33,881 nucleotides of DNA from Acidimicrobiia bacterium. GTDB taxonomy: Bacteria; Actinomycetota; Acidimicrobiia; Spongiisociales; ZC4RG35. The stretch spans positions 1 through 33,881 of the forward strand of contig JBPCQV010000077.1 in the NCBI GenBank assembly GCA_050997725.1, given 5' to 3'. Position numbers and translations under genes: made by a program. The notes below the pieces were generated by a model. That model did not search any database. It saw only the letters and a list, made by a program, of their open reading frames with translations, and was not told the origin of the DNA. Positions 29,215-33,881 of the stretch are shown piece by piece (within the stretch, counting starts at the first letter, position 1; each line of letters begins with the position of its first letter).

Positions 29215-30963
29215 ATGGCTTGGATCCTAAATTGGAGACCGCGGCGGTCAGCGGTGGTTCTTGGACTTGTCGCGGCCCTGATTACCACGGTCCTCCCGGC
29301 GACAGTTGCACTGGCGTCCCAAGGCGAGCTGGTGCGGGTCAGCGTCTCGTCAAGCGGAGTGCAGGCCAATGGCTTCTCCACTGCTGCGGAGATCTCGGGC
29401 GACGGACGGTATGTGCTTTTCGCTTCCAGCGCCTCGAATCTGGTGACAGGGGACACCAATGGACGGAGCGACTTTTTCCGCTTCGATCGCTTCACCGGCC
29501 AGGTTCTGCCGGTTTCGGTCACCGCCGCGGGCCTATTTGTCGAAGCTGTGCATTCATCGGCCGAGATGTCAGACGACGGCCTGTTCGTCGCCTTTTGGAG
29601 CGACGCCTCCTTTGACACCGCCGACCCGCTCCGAACCGCTGACGTCATTTTCAAAGACATGCTCACTGGGGTCGTGGAGCGGATATCGCGAGCGCCGGAC
29701 GGCTCGAACAAGATCGGGGATGACCGGATCAACGGCCGGGAAACCCTGGCTATCTCCGGTGACGGTCGTTGGGTGGCGTACAACTCGCTGGCCACCAACC
29801 TGGTCGCGGGTGATATCGAAGACTCCCAGCCGGACACCTTTCTCCGCGACCGGATAACCGGGGTGACGACGCTCTTGTCGTCCGAGCCAGAGGGCCTTCC
29901 CGGTCCCAGCTATGGCCTTGAGGTTGTGATTTCGGGGTCGGGGTCCTCGGCCGCCGCCGCTTTCAGCGTGCAGACGACCGATCAGGGAGTGACCCGCCAG
30001 GTCATTCGCCTCTTGGAAAGCGGCGTCGAGACGGTCGTTGAAGGGTTGGTTGCGGGCCGTTCGACTTTCCTGGCGGTCGCGCCGGGTGGCGGTTTTGCCA
30101 TTGTCGTCAGCGGAACCGGAACCGTTCCTTCCGAGTACGAGGTGGCCACGGGACAGCTCACCCTCCTTCCAGACAATGTCGATTGGACGCAGGCCGTGCC
30201 GCAGTCCTTCTCCGCGGACCTTCGCTATTACGCCGTTGCCGATGCGGCAACTTTCACCTTCAAGGTTTTTGACCGCGACACCGAGACCTTGACCGAGCTT
30301 CCGCATTCCTCGACGGGGGCGATCCCCGATGGGGACGCCTTTGTTCCTTCCATCTCCGACGACGGGACCTATGTGGCCTTTTCGAGCCTGGCCACGAATC
30401 TGGTGGCGACCGACACGAACGCCGTCGAAGACGCCTTCTACGTGCGTGTCGGCGTCGGCACCTTTGCCGATGATGACGGAAGTATTTTCGAAGCCGACAT
30501 CGAATGGCTCTTCGAGCAGGGGATTACCTTCGGCTGTGCGGTCGACCTGTTCTGTCCCAAGTCGCCTGTCACGAGAGAGCAAATGGCCTCGTTCCTCGTC
30601 CGGGCGCTCGACCTTCCGGCGTCAACCACCGACGCCTTCACCGATGACGACGGGTCGCTCCACCAGGCCGACATCAACGCGCTGGCGGCGGCGGGAATCA
30701 CCCAGGGTTGCGGCGGGATCAACTTCTGTCCGAAGAATCTCGTCTCACGCCAGGAGATGGCCTCCTTCCTCGTCCGGGCGCTCGACCTTCCCGCGGCAAC
30801 GCTCGACTACTTCACCGATGACGCCGGCTCGATTCACGAAGCAGACAACAACTCGCTCGCCCTGGCCGAGGTCACGCTGGGCTGCGAGCCGAGCCTCTTT
30901 TGCCCAACGGCCACAGTCCTCCGCGAGCAAATGGCCGCGTTCCTCCATCGGTCGCTCGGCTAG
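29215..30963 (+). CDS. secreted PD40/TolB-like beta-propeller repeat protein with three C-terminal SLH-like repeats
   Basis: GAGGGAG RBS lies 7 nt before ATG 29215, with signal/TM RRSAVVLGLVAALITTVLPATVALA. ISGDGRYVLFASSASNLVTGDTNGRSDFF-type repeats recur four or more times. The ORF-track extension from 28588 is antisense to the transferase gene and was rejected. Confidence 0.75.
   Translation: MAWILNWRPRRSAVVLGLVAALITTVLPATVALASQGELVRVSVSSSGVQANGFSTAAEISGDGRYVLFASSASNLVTGDTNGRSDFFRFDRFTGQVLPVSVTAAGLFVEAVHSSAEMSDDGLFVAFWSDASFDTADPLRTADVIFKDMLTGVVERISRAPDGSNKIGDDRINGRETLAISGDGRWVAYNSLATNLVAGDIEDSQPDTFLRDRITGVTTLLSSEPEGLPGPSYGLEVVISGSGSSAAAAFSVQTTDQGVTRQVIRLLESGVETVVEGLVAGRSTFLAVAPGGGFAIVVSGTGTVPSEYEVATGQLTLLPDNVDWTQAVPQSFSADLRYYAVADAATFTFKVFDRDTETLTELPHSSTGAIPDGDAFVPSISDDGTYVAFSSLATNLVATDTNAVEDAFYVRVGVGTFADDDGSIFEADIEWLFEQGITFGCAVDLFCPKSPVTREQMASFLVRALDLPASTTDAFTDDDGSLHQADINALAAAGITQGCGGINFCPKNLVSRQEMASFLVRALDLPAATLDYFTDDAGSIHEADNNSLALAEVTLGCEPSLFCPTATVLREQMAAFLHRSLG
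30463..30960 (+). repeat. three tandem SLH-like domain repeats (coding), same type as 8847-9377
   Basis: Three 50-52-aa units of the form F-x-DD-x-GS-x(3)-AD-x(7)-G/E-I/V-T-x-GC-x(4)-FCP-x(5)-R-E/Q-x-MA-x-FL-x-R-A/S-L. Confidence 0.7.
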
Positions 30964-30993
30964 GAAAGGCTCCTGGAGTCTCGGGGTGGCCCT

Positions 30994-31935
30994 TTACGGC
31001 AGGTAATAGCCCCTCAGCCAGCGGCGGGTTTTTTCCTCGATTCGCATGCCCCGCTTTGCCTTGCGTTTGAAAAAAAGCATGCCGTCGCTGCGCTGCACCG
31101 GCAGACGATGCAGCAGGTAGGGGTCGGTGTCGGCGGTGATGGGTGGCCCACCCCCAAGCGCGGCCGAGTCGTAGCGACTGCGGACAACGGTGTCCGCGAT
31201 CGAGGACCAATAGCCCCACGGATACGCGAAATGCCGGGGATTGACGCCAACCCTGCGGGAGATGAGCTCGTCTGACCGCCCCAAGTCTTCCTCGACCTTG
31301 TGGAGGCTTGCCCGGCGAAGATCGAGGTGCTCGTGAGTGTGGGCGCCCAGGCTCATTAGACCCGACTCGTTCATCGTGCCGATCTGATCCCACGAAAGCG
31401 GCGTTGCCCCCGGGGACATTGGCTCTCCACTTTCGACGTGGCCGGTTGCCAGATAAAGGACAAAGGGCAGGTTGTCGCGCACAAGGAGCGGAAAGGCGAC
31501 CTCGAAGAGGTCGGCGTAGCCATCGTCAAAGGTGAGGACAAAATCCGAAGCCGCCGTGGGTGTCCCCCGGCTCCGCAACGCGTCCTCCAGACGCACGACC
31601 CGGCCGTGGGATTGCAGCCAGGAAAGCTGGCCTTCGAACACTTTCCGACCCACCTCCATCTGGCGCCGGCGATAGGTCCCGATCTGGTGATAGATCAAAA
31701 AGCGCGGACCGGGCCATCGACCTAGGAAGAGATCGGCGGTGGCGAACACGAGCTTGCTCCCCACGCGAGCCACGTCTCCGATCGAGGGTCCTCGCTGAGG
31801 TTCCGGCGCCGCGCCGTTCGCGTCAGGTTCAGCGGGTTCGGCAACCGTTTCGGTCATCCCCAGCCCCAGCTTCGGCCCAAGCTCGAGGTCAGCAGACAGG
31901 CTCGCCGTCTGATGCCGGGCGGTATAGCTTCTCAC
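30994..31935 (-). CDS. polysaccharide deacetylase (NodB homology, CE4)
   Basis: VLTFDDGYADLF is the Asp-Asp metal/catalytic motif and LGAHTHEHLDL is the His motif. The start is uncertain, either GTG 31935 or ATG 31857. Confidence 0.8.
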   Translation of the reverse strand: MRSYTARHQTASLSADLELGPKLGLGMTETVAEPAEPDANGAAPEPQRGPSIGDVARVGSKLVFATADLFLGRWPGPRFLIYHQIGTYRRRQMEVGRKVFEGQLSWLQSHGRVVRLEDALRSRGTPTAASDFVLTFDDGYADLFEVAFPLLVRDNLPFVLYLATGHVESGEPMSPGATPLSWDQIGTMNESGLMSLGAHTHEHLDLRRASLHKVEEDLGRSDELISRRVGVNPRHFAYPWGYWSSIADTVVRSRYDSAALGGGPPITADTDPYLLHRLPVQRSDGMLFFKRKAKRGMRIEEKTRRWLRGYYLP

Positions 31936-32056
31936 CGGGCTGGCTCAAGATTCGCACGGAAACGGACGTTACCGAGGCGAGTCCATACTTCGGTCGAAGG
32001 AACGGAAGTGATCGAGTAACCCACGCTTGATAAGGATCGGGCTTGCGAACCCCAAT

Positions 32057-32130
32057 CTTTAGGTCGCCGGCTTTAGGTCGCCGGGCTTTAGGTCGCCGGG
32101 CTTTAGGTCGCCGGCTTTAGGTCGCCGGGG
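32057..32130. repeat. five-copy 14-16 bp direct tandem repeat in a divergent intergenic region
   Basis: CTTTAGGTCGCCGG is followed by 0, 1, 1, 0 and 2 extra G in successive copies (units at 32057, 32071, 32086, 32101 and 32115). The array ends 15 nt before the aminotransferase start. Confidence 0.9.
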
Positions 32131-32145
32131 TTTGTCGTAGCCTGC

Positions 32146-33285
32146 TTGCCCTTGACCAGAATCTATCTCTCCCCTCCCGATACCAGCCCCGCCGACCGCG
32201 AGCAGATGGATGCCGCGTTTCTCGAAGGTTGGATCGCCCCGGTCGGCCCTGAGATCGTTGCCTTCGAGGAGGAACTGGCCGCGGCCACTGGCCGTCGTCG
32301 GGCCGTCGCCCTCTCAAGCGGCACTGCGGCGCTGCACCTCGCCTTAATTGTCGGTGGGGTCGGGCCCGGAGATCGCGTGCTCGTTTCAACCCTTACCTTC
32401 GCCGCTTCCGCCAACGCAGTCCGATACGTCGGAGCCGAGCCGGTCTTCGTGGATAGCGATCACGCAACCTGGAACCTCGACCCTGACCTTGTCGCCGCCG
32501 AGCTCTACCGAGCAGCGAGAGCGGGCCAGCCCTACAAGGCGGTCGTGGCCGTGGATCTCTATGGGCAGTGCGCCAATTACCAACCGATTGCTGCTGCCTG
32601 CCAGGAGCATGGGGCGCTCCTGTTGAGCGATGCCGCCGAAGCTCTCGGCGCCGAGCTCGACGGCCACCGTGCGGGCAGCTTCGGCGAGGCCGCGGTTCTG
32701 TCATTCAATGGCAACAAGATCATCACCACGAGCGGCGGCGGGGCGCTGGTGACCGATCGCTCCGACTGGGCCGACAAAGCTCGCTTTCTCGCCACTCAAG
32801 CTCGCGACCCGTTCCCCCATTACGAGCACTCCGAGTTGGGATACAACTATCGCTTGAGCAATCTGCTGGCGGCGCTCGGGAGATCTCAGCTCAGGGACTT
32901 GAAACGGCGAGTTGACATCCGGCGAGGTCATAACGACGCCTATCGCCAGGCCCTTGCGCGCCTTCCCGGTGTTCGCTTCATGCCCGAGATCGAAGGGGGC
33001 CGGTCGACCTTCTGGCTGACGGCGCTGACCATCGATCCGATGCTCTCGGGGCGAGACCGCAACGCGATCATGGACCTCCTCGAAAGTGAGGATATCGAGG
33101 CACGACCGGTGTGGAAGCCGATGCACTGCCAGCCCTTGTATCGAGACTCGACCGTCATTGGTGGCATAGTCGCCGAGGAGCTGTTCAATCACGGCATTTG
33201 CCTGCCGAGCGGCTCAACGCTCCAACCCTCCGATCGCCAAAGGATCATCTCACTGATGCATCAGGTACTCGCCCCGACGCGATAG
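32146..33285 (+). CDS. DegT/DnrJ/EryC1/StrS-family PLP-dependent sugar aminotransferase
   Basis: 379 aa. N-terminal IYLSPPDTSPADREQMDAAFLEGWIA and the PLP-lysine segment LSFNGNKIITTSGGGALVT are present. Start is TTG 32146 (or TTG 32152). Confidence 0.85.
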   Translation: MPLTRIYLSPPDTSPADREQMDAAFLEGWIAPVGPEIVAFEEELAAATGRRRAVALSSGTAALHLALIVGGVGPGDRVLVSTLTFAASANAVRYVGAEPVFVDSDHATWNLDPDLVAAELYRAARAGQPYKAVVAVDLYGQCANYQPIAAACQEHGALLLSDAAEALGAELDGHRAGSFGEAAVLSFNGNKIITTSGGGALVTDRSDWADKARFLATQARDPFPHYEHSELGYNYRLSNLLAALGRSQLRDLKRRVDIRRGHNDAYRQALARLPGVRFMPEIEGGRSTFWLTALTIDPMLSGRDRNAIMDLLESEDIEARPVWKPMHCQPLYRDSTVIGGIVAEELFNHGICLPSGSTLQPSDRQRIISLMHQVLAPTR

Positions 33286-33872
33286 CGCTTCCAGAAGAGC
33301 TCACAACCCAGCGCCACCAGGGTGAAGCCAATACCTACCGCCACCGCGGTCGCGCCTGACGAAAACCGCCCTGCAACTCGGGACCACCACGCAACCAGGA
33401 TCAGGTGACGAACCAAACGGAGGCTGCCCTCGCCGGGAAGGGCGGCTATCGCGACCGCCCCGGCAGCTCCCAAAACCGCTCCCACCCGCTCTCCGCCTTC
33501 GGAGATGATGACCAGGGCGCTCAGAAGCCCTGCCAATGCTCCGCCAACCCAATTGTTCGTCAACTTGGCGAGCGGATAGGACGCAATCGCCAACGGAAAG
33601 GCGGCTCCCATCAAGACGCTGATCGCCTCGGTGTCGGGAACCGTCGCCCAGGCGCCACCGATCGAAATGAAGAACAACCAAGGGTTCTCGTTCCTGCCGC
33701 CAGAGAAAAGCGCTCCGGTGGTCACGGCGAGGATCACCACCACCAGGATCGTCCATTCCAGCTTGGGAGGAAAAAGCTGGCTAAGCGCTCGGGGCCTCGC
33801 CAGATAAAGGCCGGCCAGCGACGCGATCATCCACAAAAGTCCCCAATCAAGCCTCGGCAAGAGGTAGGACAC
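33261..33872 (-). CDS. integral membrane protein of unknown family, possibly 5'-truncated by the window edge
   Basis: The ORF is hydrophobic throughout with about 6 spans. The reading frame stays open to the window end at 33881. Its 3' end overlaps the convergent aminotransferase gene by 25 nt. Confidence 0.5.
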   Translation of the reverse strand: MSYLLPRLDWGLLWMIASLAGLYLARPRALSQLFPPKLEWTILVVVILAVTTGALFSGGRNENPWLFFISIGGAWATVPDTEAISVLMGAAFPLAIASYPLAKLTNNWVGGALAGLLSALVIISEGGERVGAVLGAAGAVAIAALPGEGSLRLVRHLILVAWWSRVAGRFSSGATAVAVGIGFTLVALGCELFWKRYRVGAST

Positions 33873-33881
33873 CAGAAGTCC

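Noticed and set aside
32057-32130. Possible CRISPR array
   Set aside because: The repeats are only 14-16 bp and directly abutting with no spacers. No cas genes are present.
1-33881. Mobile element, prophage, or defence island (restriction-modification, toxin-antitoxin, CBASS-type and similar)
   Set aside because: I recognised no integrase, transposase, terminal inverted repeats, tRNA attachment site, nuclease, helicase or methylase motifs. Every sizeable credible ORF except a few unknowns fits envelope glycan biosynthesis.

Overview
This is a high-GC bacterial window. GTG/TTG starts, 4-nt start/stop overlaps, a Tat-lipoprotein signal and SLH-like wall anchors suggest an actinobacterial-type Gram-positive, but the taxon cannot be fixed from the sequence alone. 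The window is almost fully coding and reads as one large cell-envelope glycopolymer biosynthesis, decoration and export island. I saw no rRNA, tRNA, CRISPR, transposase, integrase or recognisable defence genes. Glycan core: a WecA/TagO-type initiating phosphotransferase, two GT4 glycosyltransferases, an SDR epimerase/dehydratase, a DegT-type sugar aminotransferase, a GNAT, a CE4 polysaccharide deacetylase, an ABC-2 exporter (permease plus ATPase), a Wzz/PCP-like protein with a degenerate kinase-like domain, and a polytopic membrane protein. Three things are unusual. (1) Six sulfotransferase genes of at least three sequence types are scattered through the locus. (2) A tightly coupled operon encodes a stand-alone adenylation enzyme, an acyl-CoA-dehydrogenase-like protein and two flavin-dependent halogenases. 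This gene set is characteristic of carrier-tethered proline-to-halopyrrole chemistry, yet no PKS/NRPS assembly line is present. (3) A separate five-gene operon starts with an 80-aa carrier protein, followed by two SGNH-like proteins, a lysine-less lipoyl-like protein and a sulfotransferase. Together these suggest, as inference only, a Dlt-like route that decorates a heavily sulfated wall or exopolymer with a (halogenated) acyl group. Two secreted proteins carry the same triple SLH-like, Cys-containing C-terminal repeat. A Tat-lipoprotein beta-helix protein and a mucin-like Thr/Pro-rich protein are also encoded. A 5-copy 14-16 bp tandem repeat lies directly upstream of the aminotransferase gene. 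All functional calls come from motifs read by eye, and no database search was possible.
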